Part shown: in pieces, positions 27,901 through 36,183 of the stretch
Numbering within the stretch: position 1 is the first letter of the stretch
Layout of the letters: each line of letters begins with the position of its first letter
Assembly: GCA_049678505.1 (NCBI GenBank)
Contig: JBAUEH010000111.1
Location: 3,626-67,625 of the forward strand
Length of the DNA: 64,000 nt
Direction: 5' to 3'
Source: Candidatus Acidiferrales bacterium
GTDB taxonomy: Bacteria > Acidobacteriota > Terriglobia > Acidiferrales > UBA7541
Program-made: the position numbers and the translations under genes
Notes under the pieces: model-generated
Told to the model about the DNA's origin: nothing
The model's input: the letters and a program-made list of their open reading frames with translations, nothing else
The model's database searches: none

Positions 27901-28543
27901 AGTCGCGATTCAGCCGGATACTGCCTTGTCGCTTGTCGCCAATAGCAGCATGAGTTCCAATTCTGTTTCGGTTTTTACGATCAACTCCACTTCAGCCACA
28001 ACTACGGCGAGTGCGGTTTCGGTCGATCAGGTTCCGTTTGGCCTTGCGGTCGATCCCATTGACAACGTCGGCGTCGTTACGGCCAGTGGCCAGAACATGG
28101 TTGACGGACTCAGTCTTACGTCCTCCTCGGCATTCCTATCTGGCCGAGTGCAGGGTTTCGAAAATCCATTGGACGTGACGTTCGATCCCATCACCGATAC
28201 ATTTCTTGTCGCCGACAGCCTGAACAATCAGATCGGCATCGTCGATGCCAAAACGCTTGTGCTCACTCCGTTCCGGGTAGGCATCGATCCTACGGCCATC
28301 GCGTACAATTTCCAGAGCGGCACGGGCGTGACGGTCAATCAGGCCACCAACACGCTTTCGATATTCAATTTCGTTGCTACTAACCCGCCGAATTCGCAAC
28401 TCATGATAAACACGGCGCAAGTCGAAATTATTCTGCCGTTCGGCGGGTCAGCGGAATTTTCGGTGGCTGTCAATCCGCTTACTAACGTCGCCACCGTAGT
28501 GGACCAGGCGAACGGCCGATTGTTGCTGATTCCTTTGCCTTGA
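24971..28543 (+). CDS. large surface lipoprotein with Ig-like (Big_2-type), IPT/TIG-like and YVTN beta-propeller repeats
   Basis: 1190 aa with lipobox LLFATVIAGCGG. It has Ig-like units (GTQQFTVAVAG...VTWYV; LEQFQFDATVSGNTNTSVSWAV), IPT-like units (PQITEVSPG...VNGFGFSSGAQVRLDG) and many YVTN-type units (VGTQPIAVGID, VGNTPTSVGVD, VGTSPQAVAID, IGVNPIGVAID, VGTCPEGVAV). Confidence 0.8.
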   Translation: MRFGKLAAILLFATVIAGCGGNSQTITVTISPTGATVVRTGTQQFTVAVAGISNTLVTWYVCNPAPATIATGSSTVANLVLPTGCVAGGNTTLGAITVTGLYTGPAALPPNAMVSILAVSQGNTDYYAIVDVTIDSGVRVAVTPASVTMGTLEQFQFDATVSGNTNTSVSWAVDGIANGNSTVGTITPTACTVSMPITPISSNPVPPGTSYGCYIASSTPQSSVTITATAAADTSQSAQSAVTVISATDSSFSTNIPLEPTAAVEGSAQQDVYLFGSNFFTTSQAEVDGAPVPTTFINTGTLRATIPGNFFSGPVPAGLPITIERQNGDVIQPVLLAVQPTRPAVTALSPQSFPTSTSSGTLDLNGGYFSSSTQASSEGTSLPATVVNSRQLQVTLSSPNFSFSTPGLVPILVQNTDVPSGSPFLSSVNVAISPSAVNIPTSANTPIAVGTQPIAVGIDSALGIAAVVDEGNGSGGAVSLFNLDTNSVLGTVSVGNTPTSVGVDDILHLAAVVNSADNTLSIINLQSESLASTVALPSNPTGTTPAPLPYAIGVNPLTHRAVIAYSSSNIATIFDLSTNPPSLVCTLGGSDPTMPNNCAVTANSNTRPVSTGPTPSIAVEPQLNWAVVTPGGSGSVSIVDLGTSATANQVARVPNAIATFVNISTSIRGVAINTETEEALLVDPNVSTMTAFSVLDQTVSSFSLSQGFVAVAVNPLTDVGVAVNGAGGTAWVIDLGTLKPIGNSIPVGTSPQAVAIDPGKNVAVIANTGSNTISILPLGSILTPQITEVSPGNTYSAPSSGPLTVTVNGFGFSSGAQVRLDGTAVPTTISSNGRQAVATVPGSMLTSARRYTLDVLNSGGASSNVRRFFVVGTVPIGVNPIGVAIDSDLNEALVTSQGPTAGTAGTCTGPGSVSVVDLATALVGNTLTVGTCPEGVAVLPRLGLGVVANNGSQDATVVDYVNNLVDSTVSVELNPAGVAIQPDTALSLVANSSMSSNSVSVFTINSTSATTTASAVSVDQVPFGLAVDPIDNVGVVTASGQNMVDGLSLTSSSAFLSGRVQGFENPLDVTFDPITDTFLVADSLNNQIGIVDAKTLVLTPFRVGIDPTAIAYNFQSGTGVTVNQATNTLSIFNFVATNPPNSQLMINTAQVEIILPFGGSAEFSVAVNPLTNVATVVDQANGRLLLIPLP

Positions 28544-28657
28544 GGAATGAGCGGTCGCATTGAAGTCGGCACAATCAAAAACAGGTGCGGCCAACTGCAA
28601 GGGCCTGTTTTGCATCGCTATCAGTAGAATTCGCATGGCCGGGCAGGCTGATTCCGG

Positions 28658-28687
28658 TTGACCATCCTGCTAGGGGGCCGCTATAAT
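28658..28687 (+). promoter_or_regulatory. putative promoter of skp
   Basis: TTGACC (28658-28663), an 18-nt spacer, and TATAAT (28682-28687). AAGGAG RBS at 28720-28725. Confidence 0.45.
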
Positions 28688-28730
28688 CGCGCGTTTGTAA
28701 TTCCTCTAAGATTCACACTAAGGAGCTAGC

Positions 28731-29339
28731 ATGAAGGTTCGATATTCACTCGTGACGGTGTTTGCCGTCCTTCTGGCCATTCCGGCTGCATGGGCACAAA
28801 CCGGCGCTTCCGCGGATGCGCCCGCCGAAAAGGTCGCTGTAATCAGCCTCCAAGAAGCTATCACTAGCACAGCGGAAGGCAAGCAAGCGTCGCAGCAACT
28901 TACAGCACAATTCGCTCCGCGCGTGACTGAATTGCAAAATATTCAAAGGCAGCTTCAGGATATCCAGCAGCGCCTTCAGGCTGGCGCCAACACGCTCAGC
29001 GCTGAGGAGAGCGCGCGCCTCGAGCGCCAGGGCGCCGAACTGCAACGCAAAGGTCAGCGCGAACAACAGGATCTAACGGACGACCGGAACGATGCATCTC
29101 AGGACGCCATCAATCACATCGGGCAGAGGATGATACCCATCCTCAACAAATACGCCAAACAAAATGGCTACGGCGTTGTCTTTGACGATTCGGCGACGAA
29201 TACCCCAGTCGTTTACCGTGCTGACCAGACGGACATCACCCAGCAAATCATCAAGCTCTACGATGAAGCCTACCCGGTTAAGGCGGCAACTTCTCCTGCT
29301 GCTCATCCGGGAACTCCAAAGTCGCCGCAGAAACGGTAA
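28731..29339 (+). CDS. skp: OmpH/Skp-family periplasmic chaperone
   Basis: 202 aa, signal peptide, long Q/E/R-rich helical region (NIQRQLQDIQQRLQ...LERQGAELQRKGQREQQDL). The size and position near bamA are typical. Confidence 0.8.
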   Translation: MKVRYSLVTVFAVLLAIPAAWAQTGASADAPAEKVAVISLQEAITSTAEGKQASQQLTAQFAPRVTELQNIQRQLQDIQQRLQAGANTLSAEESARLERQGAELQRKGQREQQDLTDDRNDASQDAINHIGQRMIPILNKYAKQNGYGVVFDDSATNTPVVYRADQTDITQQIIKLYDEAYPVKAATSPAAHPGTPKSPQKR

Positions 29340-29356
29340 CTTGACGCTCGTTTGAG

Positions 29357-29390
29357 CCTGCTTCGCCGGGATTGTGCGAAGCAGGTTCGT
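29357..29390 (+). terminator. hairpin after skp
   Basis: CCTGCTTCG-(11 nt)-CGAAGCAGG followed by TTCGTT, which is a weak U-tract. Confidence 0.45.
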
Positions 29391-29432
29391 TGCGGGGATC
29401 TGGCCTTTACTTTGGCCAATCCCACGGTTGGC

Positions 29433-29461
29433 TTGCGTTTCGTGGTACCTGCGTCTATACT
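29433..29461 (+). promoter_or_regulatory. putative promoter in front of the rimP-nusA-infB leader
   Basis: TTGCGT (29433-29438), a 17-nt spacer, and TATACT (29456-29461). Confidence 0.35.
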
Positions 29462-29488
29462 GAGCTAGTTTGAAGTGGGCGAAAGTTC

Positions 29489-29515
29489 AAGTGGGCGCGA
29501 GCCCACTTTTTTGTT
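29489..29515 (+). terminator. strong intrinsic terminator or attenuator inside the rimP leader
   Basis: AAGTGGGC-GCGA-GCCCACTT followed by TTTTGTT. A second copy of the 5' arm (AAGTGGGCG) lies at 29472-29480. Confidence 0.6.
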
Positions 29516-29588
29516 GGCGGCAAAAGTATCCGCCCCACGCTTCTTGGGACCGCCCGGGGTACGGGCAAGCTTGTGGGTTTTGGTGTCG

Positions 29589-30062
29589 ATGGACCTGGCT
29601 AAGATTCGCGAAGCGGCAGAACGCGTAGCGGGCTCGGTCGGCGTGGAGATTGTTGACGTCGAATGGAAGATCGGCAAGCAGCGCCTGCTCCGGGTCTATA
29701 TCGACCGTCCGCCGTCGCCGGGGCAACGCATCGGCTCGGGAGTGAGCCATAGCGATTGTGAGGCTATGAGCGAGCAGTTGAGCGTTATCCTCGATGTCGA
29801 GGATTTGGTTCCCGGGAGCGGGTACGTTCTGGAGGTCAGTTCGCCGGGTCTGGACCGGAAACTTTTGAAGCTTTCGGACTATGAGAAGTTTTCCGGACGT
29901 TTGGCGCGAGTTTGGCTGAACGAACCGGTAGAGAATGCGAAGTATTTTGAAGGACGTTTGGCCGGATGCACAGATGGCATGGTTCGGCTTTCCGTAAGGG
30001 ACCGGATGATATCGTTCTCCTACGAAAATATTCGCAAGGCGAATTTGATGGTCGAGTTTTGA
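29589..30062 (+). CDS. rimP: ribosome maturation factor RimP
   Basis: MDLAKIREAAE...VEIVDVEW...LRVYID...LEVSSPGLDRKL...NIRKANL matches the RimP pattern. The start was moved from 29475 to ATG 29589. Confidence 0.85.
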   Translation: MDLAKIREAAERVAGSVGVEIVDVEWKIGKQRLLRVYIDRPPSPGQRIGSGVSHSDCEAMSEQLSVILDVEDLVPGSGYVLEVSSPGLDRKLLKLSDYEKFSGRLARVWLNEPVENAKYFEGRLAGCTDGMVRLSVRDRMISFSYENIRKANLMVEF

Positions 30063-30077
30063 TGGAGAATCGCCGAA

Positions 30078-31670
30078 ATGGCAAGTTTGCTGTATCAGAC
30101 GATCGAACAAATCAGCCGGGAGAAGCACATTGAGCCCGAGATCATTGTCGCGGCTATTGAGGAAGCGATGGTCGTCGCGGCGCGCAAATTCTATAAAGGC
30201 GATGAAGACCTCCGCTCGAAGTTCAATCAGGAAACCGGACAGGTAGAGCTTTACGCGGTTCGCACCGTCGTCGAAGACATCGTCGATCCAGTCCGAGAGA
30301 TTACCCTCGCGGATGCCCGCAAGCAGCAGCCCGCCATCGAAGTAGGGGGCGAGATCGTTCAGGCTCGCGCCACGGACGTTCTCGGCCGCATTCAGGCGCA
30401 AACTGCCAAGCAGGTGATTCTGCAGAAGGTGCGCGAAGCCGAGCGCGACACCATCTACAACGAGTTTCACACGCGAGTCGGTGAACTGGTCAATTGCATC
30501 GTGAAGCGAATCGATGGCCCGGATGTGATCGTGGACCTCGGCCGAACCGAAGCACGCTTGCCCAAGCGCGAACAATCTCGTCTGGAAGCTTACAACGTTG
30601 GCGACCGCCTGCGCGTCGCGATTCGTGCCGTGGAGCGTGCGGCCAAGGGGCCGCAGGTCATCGTTTCACGCGCGGATTCCGTGCTCGTGCAGCGTTTGTT
30701 TGAAATGGAAGTGCCGGAGATTTACGACGGCACGGTGCAAATTCGTGCCGTCGCGCGCGAGGCGGGGGAGCGCACAAAAATCGCTGTGGAGAGCCGCGAT
30801 AAGGACGTCGATCCGGTTGGCGCTTGCGTCGGCATGAAGGGCATGCGCGTGCAATCCATCATTCGCGAGCTGCGCGGCGAGAAGATCGACATCATTCCCT
30901 ATAACGAAGACATTTTGATGTTTGCGCAGAAGGGACTGAGCCCGGCCAAGGTCACTCGCGTCCAGGTGGTGGACGTCGAGGAAAGGCGCCTCGAAGTGAT
31001 TGTGGAAGACACGCAGCTTTCTCTGGCCATTGGCAAGAAAGGCCAGAATGTCCGCCTGGCCAGCAAGCTGATTGGTTGGAACATCGACATCAAGAGCGAG
31101 GAAGAGAAGCGACGCGACGTCGAAGCGCAAATGGCCGAACTCACGGTCGCGTCAACCTCTCTTGCTGAGATGTCAGGCGTGGGACCGAAGACCATCGAAA
31201 AACTCGAGTCTCATGGCATCACTTCCATCGAAAAGCTCGCCGACATGACGCCCGAGCAATTGCTCGAAATTCCCGGCATCGGCGAAAAAATGGTCGAAAA
31301 GATCCGCATCTCGGTCGAACAATATTTCCAGTCGCTGGAATCACAACAGGCAGGCGAAGGTGAATCCGCAGAAGCAGCGCCTGAGGTCAATGCGACGGCG
31401 GAAGGACAGTTTGCCACCGAAGCGGGGACTGTCGGCGAAGCGGCTCCGCCTTCCGAGGAAGTCACCGAGGCGGAGACGGAAGCAGGTCCGCTGCCCGATA
31501 CGGAAGAGACTGCTGGTAGCAGCGCCGAAAGCGAATCGTCCGCCGAAGATAGCTCGATCTCTGAATCCAATTCTCACACCGAGCCTGATACGAACTCGAA
31601 TGCCGAGAGCGAAGCGCATGAATCGGAGGGCGCGAGCAACTCAGATAGCAAGACGGAGGACAGCATTTAG
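30078..31670 (+). CDS. nusA: transcription termination/antitermination factor NusA with an acidic C-terminal tail
   Basis: NTD, S1, KH1 (GACVGMKGMRVQSIIREL), KH2 (AIGKKGQNVRLASKLIGWNIDI), an HhH segment, then a ~110-aa Glu/Ser/Ala-rich tail. Confidence 0.95.
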   Translation: MASLLYQTIEQISREKHIEPEIIVAAIEEAMVVAARKFYKGDEDLRSKFNQETGQVELYAVRTVVEDIVDPVREITLADARKQQPAIEVGGEIVQARATDVLGRIQAQTAKQVILQKVREAERDTIYNEFHTRVGELVNCIVKRIDGPDVIVDLGRTEARLPKREQSRLEAYNVGDRLRVAIRAVERAAKGPQVIVSRADSVLVQRLFEMEVPEIYDGTVQIRAVAREAGERTKIAVESRDKDVDPVGACVGMKGMRVQSIIRELRGEKIDIIPYNEDILMFAQKGLSPAKVTRVQVVDVEERRLEVIVEDTQLSLAIGKKGQNVRLASKLIGWNIDIKSEEEKRRDVEAQMAELTVASTSLAEMSGVGPKTIEKLESHGITSIEKLADMTPEQLLEIPGIGEKMVEKIRISVEQYFQSLESQQAGEGESAEAAPEVNATAEGQFATEAGTVGEAAPPSEEVTEAETEAGPLPDTEETAGSSAESESSAEDSSISESNSHTEPDTNSNAESEAHESEGASNSDSKTEDSI

Positions 31671-31673
31671 CAA

Positions 31674-34448
31674 ATGTCGGACGCCAGTCAAATTCGCATC
31701 AACGAGCTCGCGAGGGAACTCGAGATCAAGGCAAAGGTCCTGATCGAGTACCTGCCTGAGATCGGAATTTCCGAAAAGAAAACTCATTCGAGTTCGCTCG
31801 AGCACGACCAGGCGGAGAAGGTACGCAAGCATTTTCGGGCTGAAGCTGACGCGGAGGCCGCGGTCGAAGCAGAGAAGCAGGCTAAGATCGCCGCTGCAAA
31901 GGCCAAACCAGCGGCCAAGCCAGTCGCAACTGCAGCACATCCTGCGGCTCCCACAGCCGCGCCGACGCCGACAGTAGTAAAGCCAGCTGTTCCAGCAGGT
32001 GCGCCTGTCGCAAAACCGCCAGTTCGTCCTGCGGCTGCGCCTCCCGCAGGAGCTGTCCCGCCCGCGCGTCCCGCGACACCTGCTTCTGCCGTCCCCAGTG
32101 CCGGGGCAGTCGTCCATGCGCCGACCCCGCCGCGCGCGGCGGTGCCTGCGTCAAGCGCGTCTGCGGGAGGGTCCACAGGCCCAAGACCAGTCACTTTGCC
32201 GCCGCAAAAAGCACCGATTGTCAACCGCCCAGCTGCGGCCGGACGTCCTGCAGGGGCACCTGCGGCTGGCCAGCGGCCGGGCGGCTTCGTGCGGCCAGGA
32301 GGCACCCCAACCGGGGGCCGACCTGCTCCGCGATTAGCTGCGCCGATGGGTTCGCGTCCAGGGATGGGCCCAGGAGTTCGGCCCGGGGGTGGCGCGCCAA
32401 TGCGTCCACCGCAGCGTCCCGGACAACCAATGGGCGGACGGCCTGCGGCCCCTGCCCAGAAAGCAGAGCCGGGCAAGCCGCTGTATGTGCGTAAGACTCC
32501 CCCGCGAGCGAAGCCGACCATTGAGAAGCGCTTCGCGGAAGGCGAACGCAAGCTGCATCCCGTTCGCGCGCGAGCCGGGGCCCCCGGAAGTCACGGCGCG
32601 GCCCATGCCGAGCCCGCTCCGCCGGTTGTACGCGAGCCTCGCAACGTCACCATCACGGAAGGCATCACCGTTCGCGAACTTTCGGAGAAACTTGACGTCC
32701 GCGCCAAAGAGCTGCTGAAAACGCTCCTCGATCGCGGCATTTTTGCTAGCATCAATCAGGCCCTTGACGTTCAGACCGCGTCCAGTCTTGCCGAAGCGTT
32801 CAACGGAATCGTCCAAGTCGTCTCCTTCGAAGAACAGATGGCGGAGGAAGTCGGCGCGACCGAAGACAAGTCGGATCGGACGACTGCGCGCGCTCCCGTG
32901 GTCACTGTGATGGGCCATGTCGACCACGGCAAAACGAGCCTGCTCGATGCCATTCGCTCCACCGAAGTCGCCGCTGGCGAGTCCGGCGGCATCACGCAGC
33001 ATATCGGTGCAAGCCAAGTGCATGTCAACGGCCGCCGAATCGTTTTTATCGATACGCCCGGCCACGAGGCGTTTACGCGCATGCGCGCGCGCGGCGCCAA
33101 GGTCACGGACATCGTCGTCCTGGTCGTCGGCGCAGACGACGGGGTCATGCCGCAAACCGAAGAGGCCATCGACCACGCGCGCGCCGCGAAAGTTCCCATT
33201 GTCGTGGCGGTCAATAAGGTGGACTTGCCCGATGCGCAGCCGGAGCGCGTCAAACGTCAACTTGCCGATCGTGGTCTGATGCCGGAGGAGTGGGGCGGCG
33301 ACACCGTGATGGTAGAGGTGTCAGCGAAAACGAAGAAGAACATCGAACGCCTGCTTGAGATGATTCTCCTCGTGGGCGATCTTCGCGAGCTGCGGGCTAA
33401 TCCAGCCACCTCGGCCAGCGGCACGGTTCTCGAATCGCGCGTCGATAAAGGCCGCGGCCCTGTCGCAACGGTTCTCGTTCAAAACGGCACTCTCAGCGTA
33501 GGCGACGTCTTCATCTGCGGCGCAGTGTACGGCAAAGTTCGCGCGCTCTTTGATGACAAGGGGCAGAGCGTGAAAAGCGCCGGTCCTTCTTCACCCGTCG
33601 AAGTTTTGGGTTTGCAAGGCGTACCGGGTGCGGGCGATCAATTCCAGGTTGCCGACGAAGCCAAGGCGCGCCACATCGTAGAATATCGCCAATCCAAGCT
33701 GCGCGAAGCTTCGCTGGCCAAGTCGGCCACTTCGCGCCTCACTCTCGACCAGTTGCACGAGCAGCTCAAGGCCGGCGAAGTCAAAGACCTACCTATCGTC
33801 ATCAAGGCGGACGTGCAAGGCTCCGTCGAAGTCTTAAGCGAAATGTTGCCCAAGCTTTCCAACGATCAGGTGAAATTGAAGATCATGCACGCTAGCGTCG
33901 GCGCTGTTTCCGAAACCGACGTTCTTCTCGCCTCCGCTTCGAACGCCATCATCATCGGTTTTAACGTGCGCCCGGAGCGAAAAGCGTCCGACCTGGCGCA
34001 GCAGGAAAACGTTGAGATTCGCCTGCACACGATCATCTACGAGGTGGTCGACGAAATTAAGAAAGCCATGGTTGGCTTGCTCACGCCGGTCATCAAGGAG
34101 CAGTATCTCGGCCGCGCCGAAGTTCGCGATACGTTCCGCATCAAGGGCGTTGGAATGATCGCAGGCTCGTACATTCAGGACGGCATATTCAAGCGCGACG
34201 CGGAAGTACGCGTTCTGCGCGACAACGTGGTGATTTATACCGGGCGTGTGGCCTCCCTACGCCGTTTCAAAGAAGACGTGGCGGAGGTGCGCACCGGTTT
34301 CGAGTGCGGTATCGGGATTTCGAATTTCGGCGACGTCAAGGCCGGCGACATTCTGGAATGCTTCAGTCAGCAACAAGTTCAACCTGTTGCCGTTGATGTT
34401 GGTGATCGGACGCGAATGGAAAGCCGAGCGGACCAGAGGACTCATTAG
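31674..34448 (+). CDS. infB: translation initiation factor IF-2
   Basis: Pro/Ala-rich N-region, G domain ([24 protein letters not shown]) and C-terminal domains. Confidence 0.95.
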   Translation: MSDASQIRINELARELEIKAKVLIEYLPEIGISEKKTHSSSLEHDQAEKVRKHFRAEADAEAAVEAEKQAKIAAAKAKPAAKPVATAAHPAAPTAAPTPTVVKPAVPAGAPVAKPPVRPAAAPPAGAVPPARPATPASAVPSAGAVVHAPTPPRAAVPASSASAGGSTGPRPVTLPPQKAPIVNRPAAAGRPAGAPAAGQRPGGFVRPGGTPTGGRPAPRLAAPMGSRPGMGPGVRPGGGAPMRPPQRPGQPMGGRPAAPAQKAEPGKPLYVRKTPPRAKPTIEKRFAEGERKLHPVRARAGAPGSHGAAHAEPAPPVVREPRNVTITEGITVRELSEKLDVRAKELLKTLLDRGIFASINQALDVQTASSLAEAFNGIVQVVSFEEQMAEEVGATEDKSDRTTARAPVVTVMGHVDHGKTSLLDAIRSTEVAAGESGGITQHIGASQVHVNGRRIVFIDTPGHEAFTRMRARGAKVTDIVVLVVGADDGVMPQTEEAIDHARAAKVPIVVAVNKVDLPDAQPERVKRQLADRGLMPEEWGGDTVMVEVSAKTKKNIERLLEMILLVGDLRELRANPATSASGTVLESRVDKGRGPVATVLVQNGTLSVGDVFICGAVYGKVRALFDDKGQSVKSAGPSSPVEVLGLQGVPGAGDQFQVADEAKARHIVEYRQSKLREASLAKSATSRLTLDQLHEQLKAGEVKDLPIVIKADVQGSVEVLSEMLPKLSNDQVKLKIMHASVGAVSETDVLLASASNAIIIGFNVRPERKASDLAQQENVEIRLHTIIYEVVDEIKKAMVGLLTPVIKEQYLGRAEVRDTFRIKGVGMIAGSYIQDGIFKRDAEVRVLRDNVVIYTGRVASLRRFKEDVAEVRTGFECGIGISNFGDVKAGDILECFSQQQVQPVAVDVGDRTRMESRADQRTH

Positions 34449-34479
34449 CGCCCGGCCATCCCAAGTGAACCAGACAGAG

Positions 34480-34761
34480 ATGCCGATTGGTCTTGTCACT
34501 CTCGAGATTCACATTCCCGATGCGCGCTCTCTAAAAGATAAGCGCCAGGTGTTGCGCAGCCTGAAGGACCGCCTGCGCGGCCATTTCAACGTAGCGGTCG
34601 CAGAACTCGACCATCAGGACGTCTGGCAGCGCAGCGTGATTGGCGTGGTGGGAATTTCAAGCGAAGACGGGCATCTTGCCGAAACAATGGCCGCCGTGCT
34701 GGAAGCATCTGAGCAAGTGCTGGGACGCGGTTTGATTTCGCACGAAATTGAATACCTTTGA
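34480..34761 (+). CDS. DUF503 (YlxP-like) protein
   Basis: MPIGLVTLEIHIPDARSLKDKRQVLRSLKDRL... in the typical infB-rbfA position. The start was moved to ATG 34480. Confidence 0.8.
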   Translation: MPIGLVTLEIHIPDARSLKDKRQVLRSLKDRLRGHFNVAVAELDHQDVWQRSVIGVVGISSEDGHLAETMAAVLEASEQVLGRGLISHEIEYL

Positions 34762-34791
34762 GCGAGTCAAATTCAATTAGGGTAGCAAGCC

Positions 34792-35154
34792 ATGAATGTC
34801 ACTGGCCATCGCCCGGAACGCATCGCCGAAGAAATTCGCAACGAAGTCAGCTTGATGCTCGCTGGTGAGCTCAAGGATCCCCGACTGGCGAACGCGATGA
34901 ATGTCACCGAGGTTCGCGTGGCGCCGGGCTTGAAGCACGTGCGCGTGTACGTCGAAATTCTCGGCTCGGAAGCCGATCGCCAGGAGACTCTCGATGGCTT
35001 AACCGCGGCTTCGGGGTTTATCCGCCATGAATTGGTGGAGCGGCTGCGCTTGCGCCGCGCCCCGGAAGTTTTTTTCATTCCCGATCGCTCGGAAGAGTAC
35101 GGACAACGCATCGAAGATCTGCTGAAGGAGACCAAGCGTCCGGAGGAACCGTAG
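34792..35154 (+). CDS. rbfA: ribosome-binding factor A
   Basis: RPERIAEEIRNEVSLML...VTEVRVAPGLKHVRVYV pattern. Confidence 0.9.
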   Translation: MNVTGHRPERIAEEIRNEVSLMLAGELKDPRLANAMNVTEVRVAPGLKHVRVYVEILGSEADRQETLDGLTAASGFIRHELVERLRLRRAPEVFFIPDRSEEYGQRIEDLLKETKRPEEP

Positions 35155-35208
35155 TTATCTGAATAGGCCGCGCAACCCGCTCGCTGGCGTCGCGCCATTC
35201 GTTTCCGC

Positions 35209-36183
35209 ATGCCCCGCACGATTCAACCACCGTCAATCGATGGCGCGCTTGTTGTCGACAAGCCGGCGGGCAAAACCTCTCACGACGTTGTTGAGGCGGT
35301 ACGCCGGCTCATCGGCTTCCGCCAGATCGGGCATCTCGGCACTCTGGACCCGCTCGCCACGGGTGTACTGGTTCTCCTGCTTGGCCGGGCCACGCGCCTC
35401 GCGCGTTTTTATTCCGGGCGTCGCAAGCGTTACAACTGCGCGGTGCGTTTCGGCGTCGCCACGGACACGTATGATTCTGACGGCGAGCCGCAAGGCCCCG
35501 ATCTCGCGCCATCCCTTGACCGCGGCACCATCGAACGTTTTGCGGCCGGCTTCGCAGGACGCATTGAGCAGACGCCACCGGCATTTTCGGCGAAAAAAAT
35601 TCATGGACGCCCGGCGCACGAGCTGGCACGCAAGAAAAAGCCGGTCGATCTGAAGCCTGTGGATGTGGATGTCTACGAATTCCGGCTCACAGCCATAGAA
35701 GGATCGCTCGCGCGCTTCACGATTGAATGCGGCGCCGGGACGTATATCCGCTCCCTGGCGCATGAGCTAGGCAAGCTGGAAGGTTCGGGAGCGCATCTTT
35801 CTGAAATCACCCGCACCGCCGTCGGCGAGTTCACTCTGGACCAGGCCGTCAGCGTCAACGAACTGGCTGAAACGGTTCGCTCGGCGCGGCTTTCCGACCG
35901 CGTGATTCCTATGGAAGGTTTGCTTTCGGAGATGCCCCGGGTTACCGTTCTGCCGGTGATCGAACGCCGAATTCTCCACGGAGCCAAATTCAATGTCACT
36001 ATCGCGCAGATACAGCCGGGTCGCGTGAGTGCAGCACAAGGCGCGACCACGGCCTTGGACTCTGGTGAACAGCAGGGCGCGCGCCTTCGCGTTTTTAATG
36101 CACAGGAGCGCCTTATCGCCATCGCCGAGGCCGTTGTCCCCCGCACTTACCAGCCTCTTGTGGTGCTCGAGTCGACGCCATAA
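35209..36183 (+). CDS. truB: tRNA pseudouridine(55) synthase TruB
   Basis: Contains GALVVDKPAGKTSHDVV, the catalytic Asp motif GHLGTLDPLATGVL, and QTPPAFSAKKI. Confidence 0.9.
   Translation: MPRTIQPPSIDGALVVDKPAGKTSHDVVEAVRRLIGFRQIGHLGTLDPLATGVLVLLLGRATRLARFYSGRRKRYNCAVRFGVATDTYDSDGEPQGPDLAPSLDRGTIERFAAGFAGRIEQTPPAFSAKKIHGRPAHELARKKKPVDLKPVDVDVYEFRLTAIEGSLARFTIECGAGTYIRSLAHELGKLEGSGAHLSEITRTAVGEFTLDQAVSVNELAETVRSARLSDRVIPMEGLLSEMPRVTVLPVIERRILHGAKFNVTIAQIQPGRVSAAQGATTALDSGEQQGARLRVFNAQERLIAIAEAVVPRTYQPLVVLESTP

Noticed and set aside
29487-30575. 362-aa ORF on the minus strand
   Set aside because: It is antisense to rimP and nusA, both of which are securely identified.
31784-33260. Several long ORFs (255 aa, 308 aa and others) in both orientations
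   Set aside because: All lie inside infB. The very GC-rich, Pro/Ala-coding N-terminal region of IF-2 keeps many frames open.
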